A stretch of DNA of 64,000 nt from the human T2T-CHM13v2.0 reference genome, Homo sapiens. Made by a program: the position numbers and the translations under genes. Shown here piece by piece: positions 29,746-44,101 of this stretch. The notes below the pieces were generated by a model. It saw only the letters and a program-made list of their open reading frames with translations, ran no database searches and was not told the DNA's origin. The stretch lies in the NCBI RefSeq assembly GCF_009914755.1, contig NC_060925.1. One strand, written 5' to 3'. Numbering within the stretch: the stretch's first letter is position 1; each line of letters starts with the position of its first letter.

Positions 29746-31125
29746 ATGTGTGTGTCAATTATTTTGAGATCTATAAACTTGTCTGTCTATCTATCTAGCT
29801 GGCTAGCTTGCTATCAATCTAGCTACCATCCATTTATTGACAGAGAAGTCTACCCCTAAACAATACTTGGTTTTATTTATATATGTCTTTGGGTTGTTTA
29901 TACACATGCACTATCTGGGCAAGTACTTTGTGAATATGTGCATGATTGTGAATGTGTGATGAAAAGGGCCACTTTACTTGAGGAAGGCATGGAACAGAAA
30001 GTATGGGGTTTAGATATGAAAAATGAAACTGCATTTTTCTTCTGGAGGGTCTAAACATAGTAGCAGACGAGAGAGGGGCAGTAAAAATGACAAGAATGTG
30101 ACATTGCGGCACCATGCTTGTGGGCATCAGAATACCTTTCTATCCCCCAAGTCTCCTGTTAGTCACATTATTTGGTGTATTTTGTGAAAAAAATAGAGGC
30201 CCCATTCCCAGGGCTTGTTCATTAATAAAGGGGGCTCTTGGCAGGGAACTCATGAAGTACAGGGACTGATTTTTGTTGGTGCTGCAGCCCCACTGCTTAA
30301 AACTCTCCTTTCTCAAAGCAACCATGATCAGGTGTTTTATTTGCATGGTTGATACTGGAACTTCTAAATTTGGGATTAAAGAAATTCATCTGTGTCTTAG
30401 GTAGCACAAAGTTATTAACAGGCCAGGAAGACCTTGTTTCTTTCAGGCTTCCATAATGGGTTTGAAAGAAAACACGGATTCTTCTACAGCAACAGAGTTA
30501 AAGAAATAGTCATAGTCATTCTTCCACGATCTTTGTAGTCTAGCTTGAATTTCAAACTGTGTCCTTCCTTACTCCAGAGAGGGAGCAAGAAAAAAAACCT
30601 GGATGCTTTGAAGGGATCTGCCACTATTTAAAAGGGGATTAGGATTCTGTTTCAGCTGCATGTGGAACTAGGTAAGCTTCAGTGGCCTCAGAACTCCAGG
30701 CCCCTCACGGAGATCACCCTGAACAATGCCCAGTTTTTCATGCAGGTTTTGTCCTATGACCAGTTAACTACATGTTCAATAAATAAATGTCAAAGAAATA
30801 AATGCGTGAAAAGGCAACCAGTTCATCATCTTATGATTAGGTTTTCTTGATTAGGGATGTGTTTAGTACAGCTGAATGAACAAGTTCACCCAGCTGCTGG
30901 TGACAGAAACCCAACTCAAACTAGCTGATGAAAAACAGAACTATACAGATCAATGAATCTCTCCCCCTTTTTCAGCCTCATAGAACTGAAAAAAACAAAC
31001 CTAAATACAGTCACCCAAGTGATGTCAGGAATCTCTCATGGTATTGGTCTCTGCTTTCCCTCGTATTGGCCATATTCTTTTTTTTTTCTTTTTTAAAAAC
31101 TTATTTAATTAGTTTTCCTTAATAG

Positions 31126-31487
<362 letters not shown>

Positions 31488-32167
31488 AGTCATTTTCTTA
31501 AGTAGGTTCTTCCCAGCCTGCAAACCCAGTGAAAGGGCTTATTCTTTCCCCATTACTGTGGGGAAAAAGTCCTGTAGAGGCTTTCCATAGGCCCTGTGTG
31601 ACTCACGTGTCTATACCTGAATCAACTGTTACAACCAAGCAGATGCAGAGACTGCGTGCCCTCTCCTGGAGCTAGGAGCTAGGTGAGTCAATCCTGCACT
31701 TTCTCTACAAGGCTTGCAAAGGTGAGCAAGAAGATTCCCCAAAGTGAAATCAGGGTGCTGTTACCAAAAGAAGCTATGCTGGCAGGCAAAAAACAACAGC
31801 TGTTTCCCATAGGGCAAAACCTGAAACACCCAATTACTATCCCATTGTTTGCTTCAAAATTAAATTTTGTTTGACCCCAACTAGTTCTAGTCAAGTTTTT
31901 GCTCGATGGACCACGTGAAAAAAGGATAAACAATGTCTCTATATAATGCATGATCAGGTGGTTTATGAAGATGTCAAGAGCACTGAACAAAATCCAAATG
32001 CTCACATAAAATGGGATTAGGTTTCATAAGCCACCCAAGAAAATCAGTCTCATTATTTTATGTAATAATGTATTACTGTGCCCAGAGCTAACCTGTAGCT
32101 CTAGGGGAGTACAATGTGTTTGTATTATTCTTCATTGTACACAGTGCCTCAGACATAGTAGGTATTC

Positions 32168-32173
32168 AATAAA
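32168..32173 (+). terminator. Candidate distal poly(A) signal AATAAA within an L2 3' end
   Basis: acatagtaggtattcAATAAAtatttgttaaatcatgaatga is a typical L2 3' terminus. Confidence 0.5.
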
Positions 32174-32880
32174 TATTTGTTAAATCATGAATGACTGAAT
32201 TGATTTCAGAGCTGAGATGGGATTATTTTCAACAGTCATCCCTGCTTAACACCTCTTTTATCTGACAGCAGACACCTGAAATGTCATCATTGGCTTCCTT
32301 CAATATGCAAATACTTCTGAGAGAGATCATTATTTGGAGCCTCCTTTGTCATTTACACCTTGGTGTGAGAAGTTTCTTGAGACCCTTCCCAGAGGGGGTT
32401 ACAAAAGAGGAGCAAAGTGCACAAAATTCTAGGGTCAGGAGACACACTTTTCTGCCTTCCCAGTTTTGTTGGGGTAACCCAGGCTCCCCATGAGCCCTGT
32501 GCTGGATGTCCTGATCACAGTGGCTATGGATGCTGACAAGAGACCATTATTCCAGTTTTGCCCGCAAATCCCAGGAGAGCTGTGGGAATTCCAGCAAAGT
32601 CCCACTGTGGTCAAATGGGGCAGGAAACTGGTTCTTTGAGACTCCTCAGAGGAGGAAGAGATGATGAATGTATTACATGCCTCAGAGGGTAAAGGAAGCC
32701 AACAGTAAAACCACCCACATCCAAAACAGGAACTAAGAGATGTCTTACACATCCCCCTAATCCTGAAAAGCTGTGGGGCTTCTCCATGGGAGCTGAACAC
32801 CCTCCGCCTGGAGCAGCCAGGAAGACACTATGAGGGAAGCAGGATGCCGAAGGAAGAGGTCAGAAAAGGCTAGGATTCTG

Positions 32881-33575
<695 letters not shown>

Positions 33576-35508
33576 TTAGAGAAAGTTACTCTAACTTGGG
33601 TAAACCCCTAAGTCAGTTACCACACTTACCAGGTGCTTCTGTTTTAAAGAATGAGTGGACTGAATTGCACTTTAACCAGCATGCAGAAACAAAATTCTAG
33701 AATAATTATATGATTGGTACTCAAAGGATGGATATTGCCAAGACACAGATACTCATTCCCCCCCAAGAAAATAATAGCCTCTTCAAACAATAGGACCTCC
33801 AATACTAGTCACTGCTGTTTGACTATCTAAGGAAGCCACACATGCTAGACGGTGCCAGGCACATCCCCATCACAGTTGCACCTGGCCTCTCAGGAGTGAT
33901 ACAAACAGGCTTATTGACCACCTCTGGAAGCAGAAGGGATGGAGAAGCACAAAAGGGCCTGTTTTACATTGCTTCTAATTCTGTGTCTCCATTCTACCAA
34001 GAACAAAGAAATGCAGTTTCAAGACCCCTGTTTTCTTTGTGGCTTAAAAACGTTAATTATCCTAATTTTTTTCTCATTGTAAAAGCAATGCATCTTTATT
34101 TTAGAAAATTGGTGGAGGGGAAGAAAAAATTTTAAGAAGCAAACAAAAAAGTATTTTTAAGTCCACTATCTAGGGATAACTAATGTTACTATTTTATGGA
34201 TATTCTTCTTTTTTTTTAGTGCATTATATACGTTTTGTTTTAATTCTTGGTTGGTGCAAAATTGGGATTTTACTATATCTAATTTTCTCTTTCTTTTTTG
34301 TAACATACTCTCATGAGCATGTCTTCATAAAGAATCACAAGTTTGATCATGAAAATGATACACTTTTGTGTTAACCAGAAACATCTGACCAGAACTAGGT
34401 CTGTATAAAACAGAGGGTAATAAGATGAACAGGTAATAAGACTCCTTGGTGAAAGTGAAGGTGTCCCAGCGGAGAGCAGTTCTTTCACAATCTACATCTG
34501 AGATTCATATTACCCCTCTGACCTCATGTACTCTCAGAACTTAAAAACAAGCAAAACCTTTTGAATGAAAAATGAAGAGGCTGAGGCAATTCCAAGAATT
34601 CATTAATAGTGATTCAATGAAGGGACTGCAAAATTCAGAGGGACACATGATCTAAACCTCATAAAAAGGATCACTGAGGGAAACCAAATAGAAATATGTT
34701 TAGTAAAATGTAGCTGAAGCTTTTGCTGGATATTGGACTAGAATCTGGAAAAAGACACAAATTTTCAGTCAGATCCAAGTTTCTGTTTAAATTGGAGGAA
34801 GGCTTGCTGTGCGTGACACAAGCCTACCAAGACAACTGCCATGGCCTTCTAGTCCATTAGTACATAACCCCACAAGCAGCAAACAAGGCTCAGCATATGA
34901 GCATGAGGCCAGTCTTGTGTGCCAAGTTAGCGAGAAGGTTCCTTGGAGTGGTGAACCCATGTAATTAATTGTATTCTTATTCCTAAGGACTGATCTTGCT
35001 AGACAGAGCCAAGTCTGCACCACCTAAGCCTAAATTGGGTAAGAATTCAGTAGCCAGCAAATCTTAGTTATTAAATAGTCACTGAATCCCCATTACAAGT
35101 GATTTAAATGCCCATTCACAGTTTCAATAATGTCATCCCAGAGTTATTCTAATCATCTCCTAATGGATTTACTAGTTTTCTAATTTCTTTTACTCCCTTT
35201 TATGCATCTGACCCCAAGTCAAAATTGTTATCATCAACAATACTTATTATCAGCATTCTCAAAAGCTTTGATGCCATCAAAACCCTTAAATGAAATTAAA
35301 AGATCAAATCATGGGCTTTAAAGTTATCTGAGAGCCACTGTTCCTCTTCTTCCACGTTTCCATCTTACTTGTTAACCAGCCAAGCCAAGCTCCTTAGCAC
35401 AGAATTGCATCAAGAGTTATAAAAGTGGCCAAGGATCAGTGTTTGTCTCTGTGACCAGGCCAACTCTGGGAGTGTGTCCTAAGGAAATAATCCAAAGTAC
35501 ATGGAAAG

Positions 35509-35873
<365 letters not shown>

Positions 35874-36323
35874 TTATACAGTGGAAGAATAATTAAGAAA
35901 AGGATGTGCCATTATCTTGATGGGATACTATGAAGCCATTACAAACTACTTAACGGAGTGGAAAAGCAGACTTGGGAACTTATTTTTATTTTTTATCCCT
36001 CTCCCCAGGCTTGGGAAATTAAAACAACAACGAACAAAAACAAACAAAAAACCCTTGAGAGTGTATACTCAGCAAAGATAGAAGTGTCCACCTCTATCAT
36101 GTTCCACACACATGGTGAGTGGCAGGAATATGTCAAAGCTCCCAGGAGTGGGATACAGCTCAGGCAAGGCAGAGAGAGCCCCAGCGAAGGCACGCATACT
36201 CTCAAAGGGAAGGAGGGCGACGCTTAGCTGCTCAGGACTTGCCCTAATGAAAACTCTCTCCCCAACCTTCCCCACCCTTGACCCATCCTCAAACTACCAA
36301 ACAGTGTGTTAAAAGCAATATCT

Positions 36324-36901
<578 letters not shown>

Positions 36902-37509
36902 CTATCGCTAAGTGTCGTCCCAAAAGCTCACTGACATTAAAAGGAAGAGAGGAAGAGAGAGAGAAAAGAGCAGAGAAGCGGGTGCACGTGGGAAGCTCTC
37001 GGTTAGCAGGTGACAGGGCAAAAGCACCACCAGGACCTGGAAGAACGTCTGACCAGGCTACAGAGCAATGGATTTCTCTTACGCTGAACTGAAAGTAGCC
37101 TAAGAATGCAAGAGTGTTTTAGAAATAAGGGACGTCTGCAACTTGGCCACAGACTGCAAGGAGCCGGAGTGCAGAGTGGCGGGCTGGGGTCGTGAAGTGG
37201 GGGGAAGCGGTGAGAGCAGTCCGGAAAGCAGGCAAGACGAGCTAGACCCCAGGCCGGGAAACCACACCGGCGGGAGACCCCGCACTCGGACTCCCGCTCC
37301 TCTGAGCAGAAGAGCAGTAGGGCAGGCCCACATTTTCTGCTGGACGGGAGGGAGAAGACCCGGCCCACTGCCACTGCCCTCTCTTCTCCAAGCTACCGAG
37401 GTACCAATCTTCTCCCCAACTCTCCAGTCCCTTTCACACGCCCCAGCCCCCAGTTGTCCCACCCTCCAGGACCTCGGGAGTTCCTAGACCAGCGCCACCG
37501 CCAGCTCCT

Positions 37510-37650
37510 AGCCCAGTGGATTTATGTGAGCGACTTAACATCTCTGAGCCTCAGTTTCCTCATCTGCAAATGGAGATACAATGGCACCTAGGGGATTATT
37601 ACGAATATCAGGTGAGTTCAATACAAGCAAAGGGCTTAAAAGAGTGCACT
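37510..37650 (+). mobile_element. MIR
   Basis: acttaacatctctgagcctcagtttcctcatctgcaaatggagata matches the MIR core. Confidence 0.75.
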
Positions 37651-37779
37651 ATCCCCAAATGAAGGTTCGGGGAGTTAACTTAATATTCACTCCTATGGGA
37701 TTTCGTCTCCCACCACCCCTTTCTTAGCCAGGATTCGGGTATTCCCTTCCCTCGCTCGGACTCCCCGTCTTCATTCACC

Positions 37780-38300
37780 GACCCACTCGCGGAGCGAGCA
37801 GGCCCAGCTCTGCGTGCACTGACGGGCTGGGCGCGGGCGGGGCGCCGCCGGGACTTGGCACCGGGCTGCGTCCTGAGGCGCCCTGCCCCGCCCCGCACTT
37901 TCCTCAGCCCGGGCTCCCGGGCGCCCGCCAACACTGCGAGTGGAACAGCCGGGGCGAGCCCGTAAGCCGGAAGGCGGCTTCCGGGAGCGCGTGCGAACGT
38001 GGAGGCCACGCCGGCGATGGGGGGTTGGAACGGCCGGACCAGGCAAAAGCCGGTCCCTCCCTGCTCCTCCACGCTGTGGGGCAGTAAGCGCTCCGGACCC
38101 GAGGCTTAGGGAATCAGAGGACACGCAGTATAAGGGTCGCAGGTCGTGGTTGCTCGGAACACGAGGTGAGAGGCGGAACAAGGCTGAAGGGAAGCTGTGG
38201 GAGTGCCCTTGCCGAGAGCGGCTCGTTGGTCTAGGGGTATGATTCTCGCTTCGGGTGCGAGAGGTCCCGGGTTCAAATCCCGGACGAGCCCAGGCTTTTA
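37780..38300. promoter_or_regulatory. CpG island upstream of and covering tRNA-Pro-CGG
   Basis: Dense CpG/GC sequence, GC boxes near 37835 and 37885, paired ETS motifs at 37967-37984. Confidence 0.75.
38220..38291 (+). tRNA. tRNA-Pro (anticodon CGG)
   Basis: 72-nt GGCTCGTTGGTCTAGGGG...CTCGC-TT-CGG-GT-GCGAG...GGTTCAAATCCCGGACGAGCCC with intact A/B boxes; TTTT terminator at 38296-38299. Confidence 0.98.
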
Positions 38301-38982
38301 CCCACCCCACACCCGAAATTTAAAAACAGATTTTTTCCCCCTAATTCCCCACATATTCCATTCAGAAACTTAAATGAAAACATACTGGTCCCATGAGCTC
38401 GAATGTTGATCCCCTTTGTTTTTTGAAGCGAGGGACCATGTGAGCTCAATTAATACAACATATGGTTACTGTACGCCCAAAGGCAACGCATTCAAATTGC
38501 TTTGTACCATGTAAAACACACACTCTTGAAAAACAGACGCCTAGTGCGGAATCCTGTGCACGCCTTTAACTCCTCCAAACGAGCAGGGGGCGTCATGGAT
38601 TAGCATGTCCCGGGGTTCGGGAATCAGCATTTCCGAGGAAAGGGGCGCTCAGGAGATATCCCCACCCCCGATGAGGGGCACTGTCGTGGATGAGTTTAAA
38701 CCACGCCATAGGCAGCCAAGAACTGAGCTCCCGATGGCCCTGTACACGCGCTGCACCCAGGAATAGACAGCTAGGGACAATGTTTTCATAGTACAATACT
38801 ACATTACTAGCAAACTTTTTACATTTTCAAAATGAGGCCTTTTAATGGTATTTCAATGTAGAGTGTGCTCTAAGTTTCCAAAAATCTCAATTTTGTGTTT
38901 TACTCTGACCAACCTGTATTTATTACGTTTAGTAATCTATCCCCAAAAAAACTCACCTTTAAGTGATTCTTACTCCAAAACA

Positions 38983-39054
38983 GGGCTCGTCCGGGATTTG
39001 AACCCGGGACCTCTCGCACCCTAAGCGAGAATCATACCCCTAGACCAACGAGCC
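38983..39054 (-). tRNA. tRNA-Pro (anticodon AGG)
   Basis: Reverse complement is identical to the + strand copy except at anticodon position 34 (A); minus-strand TTTT terminator at 38977-38980. Confidence 0.98.
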
Positions 39055-39792
39055 GACACAAACTCCACCTTACTGTCATCAGAAAGGAACACATAGCTAT
39101 TTAGTCCTGCGCCCTCAAGTGGTTGCTCGCATGTTAGGATTCGATCTTTGGGTTGTGTTTGCTTTCTATAGATACCGCGTTTTCAATTTTCTTTCTTTTC
39201 TGTTTTGCTCTTTGAAAATCAGTAACACAGAAGACAGCAAAATTGTCACTATCAGTATAATATCGACCTCTTATTTCGAAAATTGTAATTGTATTTCTAT
39301 TCATGGCTAATAAATGGCTATTAGTGTGGGACAATGTCACTGTGGCAGATTCCAGACTCTCTCCGTTACTGAGTGAGTTCTGGATGTTTCATTCGTTCTT
39401 TTTCGCACTTTTCTATAATGTTAAAATCTCGGTTTCTTGCCGATATTTTTTATTGTAATATTCAAAGCCCTACCTATCTAGCCTTGTGAATTCCCATCTC
39501 TGTTTTTACTCGAAGTGTTCTCTTCAGCTGGAAAACCTGTTTGCTTTTGGACAAATCCCAAACTCTAACCTTCCCAGAAAAAGATCCTTTAACATATCAA
39601 AACCAATAGTATGTGGTAAATAACTGGGTTTCAGTCTTATCTCCTCCAACTGTAACTTCTTAGAGCGCAAGACACCTACACCAACACGAAATTCTACTGT
39701 AGAATTGGCAACCAATTGTGTGATTGCTGTTCGATTGTCCCAATATCTTTAATTAGATATAGTAAGCATGGCTTCTTAACTATATTTTAAAT

Positions 39793-40607
<815 letters not shown>

Positions 40608-40618
40608 TTTAGTACTTT

Positions 40619-41149
40619 TGTTGCCGGAAAAAGGGGTCTTCACCGAACCTGGAGAGAGGGTTCTTGGATCTCGTGCAGGAAAGAATTCAGGGTGAAAGAA
40701 GCAAGTTTATTGGAAACTACTCTGTTACAGAGCAGGATGTTCTCAGAAAGTAGGAGGAGAAACACCCCGTTCTTAAGTTTTTCTTATATAGTGATCTTAC
40801 CTATGTAAAAGCTAGGCTAAGCTGTGCCTACATACGGGTGAGCAGACAACATGACAAATTTTGTTACTCTGTTGATTTAAAGAAGACAATTATTGACATT
40901 TTAGTGTGTGAATACGTAAAAGCATAACTGTGATTATCTTAAAGGCATATATTGTTGTAGATATTAGGACATTTGGACTTCTTGCTGTTGTAGGAGTCAG
41001 TCCTAGTTATCTTCAGGCTGTTTCCTTAATTATAAACATCCCATGACTATGGGTCGTGGCAGGCAAGGAATGTGCCTTGTTAGTCCTAAAATGGAGCTGA
41101 ACTTAAAATGGCATTATTCTAGCTTTCCTAGGCTGCTGCTTCCCTAACA
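40619..41149 (-). mobile_element. ERV1 solo LTR, MER41-family-like
   Basis: TG...CA ends; tgttgccggaaaaaggggtc...gagagggttcttggatctcgtgcaggaaagaattcaggg at one end and ...gcttccctaaca at the other; imperfect 4-bp TSD (cttt/cgtt). Confidence 0.65.
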
Positions 41150-41244
41150 CGTTGACAAACACATTGACAAACAGTAATTGTGAATTGTCATTCTAGCAAA
41201 TAACCAACCAGATAGGAAACAAGTAGACAGAGTGACTATCTTAA

Positions 41245-41626
<382 letters not shown>

Positions 41627-43336
41627 TAACAACAAGTACTATGTGACCGACTCCGAACTGTCCACTTTCTTCCTATGGTTTGACAACAGAAAATTATAGA
41701 AAATCTAGCGCTGTCTTTACCCTTGTTTTATTTAAAACTGCCCTAACTTGAGTCTTCAGTTCTTCTTAGGGCTCCAGGAAAGGAGGGAGGATAAGAATAC
41801 CTTGTACAATGTTAATAAGTTCTAGATTGCCAGATAGTGTATTCATCAAAATCTAACTGGAAAAAAATATGCCCTGGACACCTAAGAAGTTTATACTGCT
41901 TTTCTCCTTAAAATGAGGAAGCTGTAGAATATAACTGGTTAGAGAAAATAATATAACCACTTCAGATATCTGAAAGCCTCAGTCTCAAGAAGTCTCCCTG
42001 CTCTCTCTCTTTTCCCTTTTGAATTTACTATAGCTATTATCATTTTAGATTTTTCCCCCCAACTTCTTCTATCTAATCATTAAAAAGGAACTTGTCTTTT
42101 ACTCGGCAGGCCAAATACTTGAGTATCTCATTTGACTGTCATAACAATGATGCAGAAAGACTGACAATAACAAAACTCAGAATATTGATTGCTTCATTGA
42201 CAGTGGGAAATATCCCTATTTGGTAGGAGGAATGCCTGCGCTATCTGTCCAGGCACATGCTTCCCTAGAATTAGGTCCTTGGGAAGCAGATGTAGTACAC
42301 AGATGGTTGCAGGGCCCAGGAAAACAGTGTATCTTGAGGAAAATTTTATCCCAGCTACAGTGAATTTAGAAGTCTGACAGCACAGCCTTCTCCTGTAAGA
42401 ATTAACACCTCCCTAAGGACCCTTTTACCCTCGTTCCCCCAATTTGGTGTCTCTGTGCCAAGGGGAAGGAGACACTAGAACTCTAATTTTCCAATTTTCA
42501 AAAATTTCTAGCAGCAATGCTTCTGGATTAAGACATTCTTTGTGAAACTGATTTGGCTTCAGGCGAATCTTTCTCAAGGTGGCCTGGGATTCCTCTTTGA
42601 ATCTATCTGATTTGTTATCTGCGAGGAGTCAAATTCTCAGGGTTCCTGGGACACCACCCACATTCCAATTTTCCTCTGGCAACAGATCTTGAAGACAAAG
42701 ACAGACAGGCTAGAAATTGGGACTCTTTTTCTCTTGATTATACTTCTCATCCAATTTATACCCAGTCCTGTAATTCTTTTCGTGAAATGTCTCTCAAATC
42801 CTGTCTTCTCATCCCCACTATCAATACCTTATTTCCTGCTCTCTTCATTCTTGCCCTGCTGCAGTGGTTACCTTTTTAAAACACAGATCCGAACTTCTTA
42901 CACCCCTTTCACCACTCTCCACTGCCTCCAGAAAAAACACAACTCAAGGCTCTTCAAAATATGACCGCAGCCTCCTTTCCTGGCATTCTCTCTTCCCCTC
43001 TTTCCCTCACTCCCCTCAAGTTGCAAACCACAAAGGATTCACCTAATGTTTCTCACACTTGGTAGGTGATTTCTTTTCTCTGAATGTGCTTTTCCTGTTT
43101 TCTCCGTTCTCTGAGTTTGCTTTTCCTGTTTTCTCTCTGGTGAATTATTCATCTTTTAAAGTTCACCTTAAATGTTTTATCCTTGGTGAATCTTTCTAGA
43201 TGCTTCTTGGGCCAGTGGATTTTAGGAGAGCGAGGTATATGTGGCTGAGGTACATCACAATCAGCAGAGAAGCTTTAAACACTGCTGAGAGTCACTGTCC
43301 CTGCTGGCCTTGGGTTTCTTCTTTATTCACTCTTCC

Positions 43337-44101
43337 TTTTTTTGAGACGGAGTCTCGCCCTGTCGCCCAGGCTGGAGTGCAATGGCGCGTGATCTCGTCT
43401 CACTGCAACCTCTGCCTCCCAGGTTCTGTAGCAGGATGAGCCGCAGACAAAACTCCTCAGACACGGAGTTAAAGAAGGAAGGGGTTTATTCGGCCGGAAG
43501 TATCGGCAAGCCTCCTGTCTCAAGAGCCTAGCTCCCCGAGTGAGCAATTCCTGTCCCTTTTAAGGGCTCACAACTCTAAGGGGGTCCGCGTGAGAGGGTC
43601 ATGATCAATTGAGCAAGCAGAGGGTACTGTGAATGGGGGCTGCATGCACCGGTAATCAGAACGAAACAGAACAGGACAGGGATTTTTACAATGCCTTTCC
43701 ATATAATGTCTGGAATCCATAGATAACATAACCGGTTAGGTCAGGGGTCGATCTTTAACTACCGGGCTTAGGTCAGGCAGGCCCAGGCCTGGTTTCGGGT
43801 CTGGTTCTTAGGCGCCGGGTTACCTGCCTTTAATTTCGCTTCTCTTTCCTTTTCTGAGTATAAAACTATATGAGAGGTTCTGTCTCTCTTCTCTCAGTTC
43901 AAGCGATTCTCCTGCCTCAGCCACCCGAGTAGCTGGGTACAGTCACGCGCCACCCATGCCCGGCTAATTTTTTTGTATCTTTTAGTAGAGATGGGGTTTC
44001 ACTACGCTGGCCAGGCTGGTCTCAAACTCCTGACCTCGTGATCTGCCCGCCTCGGCCTCCCGAAGTGCTGGGATTACAAGTGTGAGCCACCGCACCCGGC
44101 C
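43337..44101 (-). mobile_element. AluS split by an LTR insertion
   Basis: Alu sequence breaks at ...cccaggttc (43426) and resumes at gttcaagcgattctcc (43897). Confidence 0.9.
43427..43896 (-). mobile_element. HERV-E-type solo LTR (LTR2B-like), 470 bp, TSD GTTC
   Basis: Minus strand TGAGAGAAGAGAGACAG...CCCTTAAAAGGG (TATA-like)...AATAAA...CCTGCTACA; perfect 4-bp TSD. Confidence 0.8.

Noticed and set aside
34249-34261. GGTTGGTGCAAAA resembling a MADE1 TIR
   Set aside because: Only about 13 nt match and there is no TA-flanked boundary; compatible with chance.
37680-38310. ORFs of 100-179 aa around the tRNA CpG island
   Set aside because: GC-rich chance ORFs, partly the antisense of the tRNA gene.
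39085-39155. Possible third degenerate tRNA (GGATTCGATC, B-box-like)
   Set aside because: The T-stem does not pair and no cloverleaf can be drawn.
43088-43136. Short direct repeat GCTTTTCCTGTTTTCTC (two copies)
   Set aside because: Low-complexity slippage duplication within old L2-like sequence.
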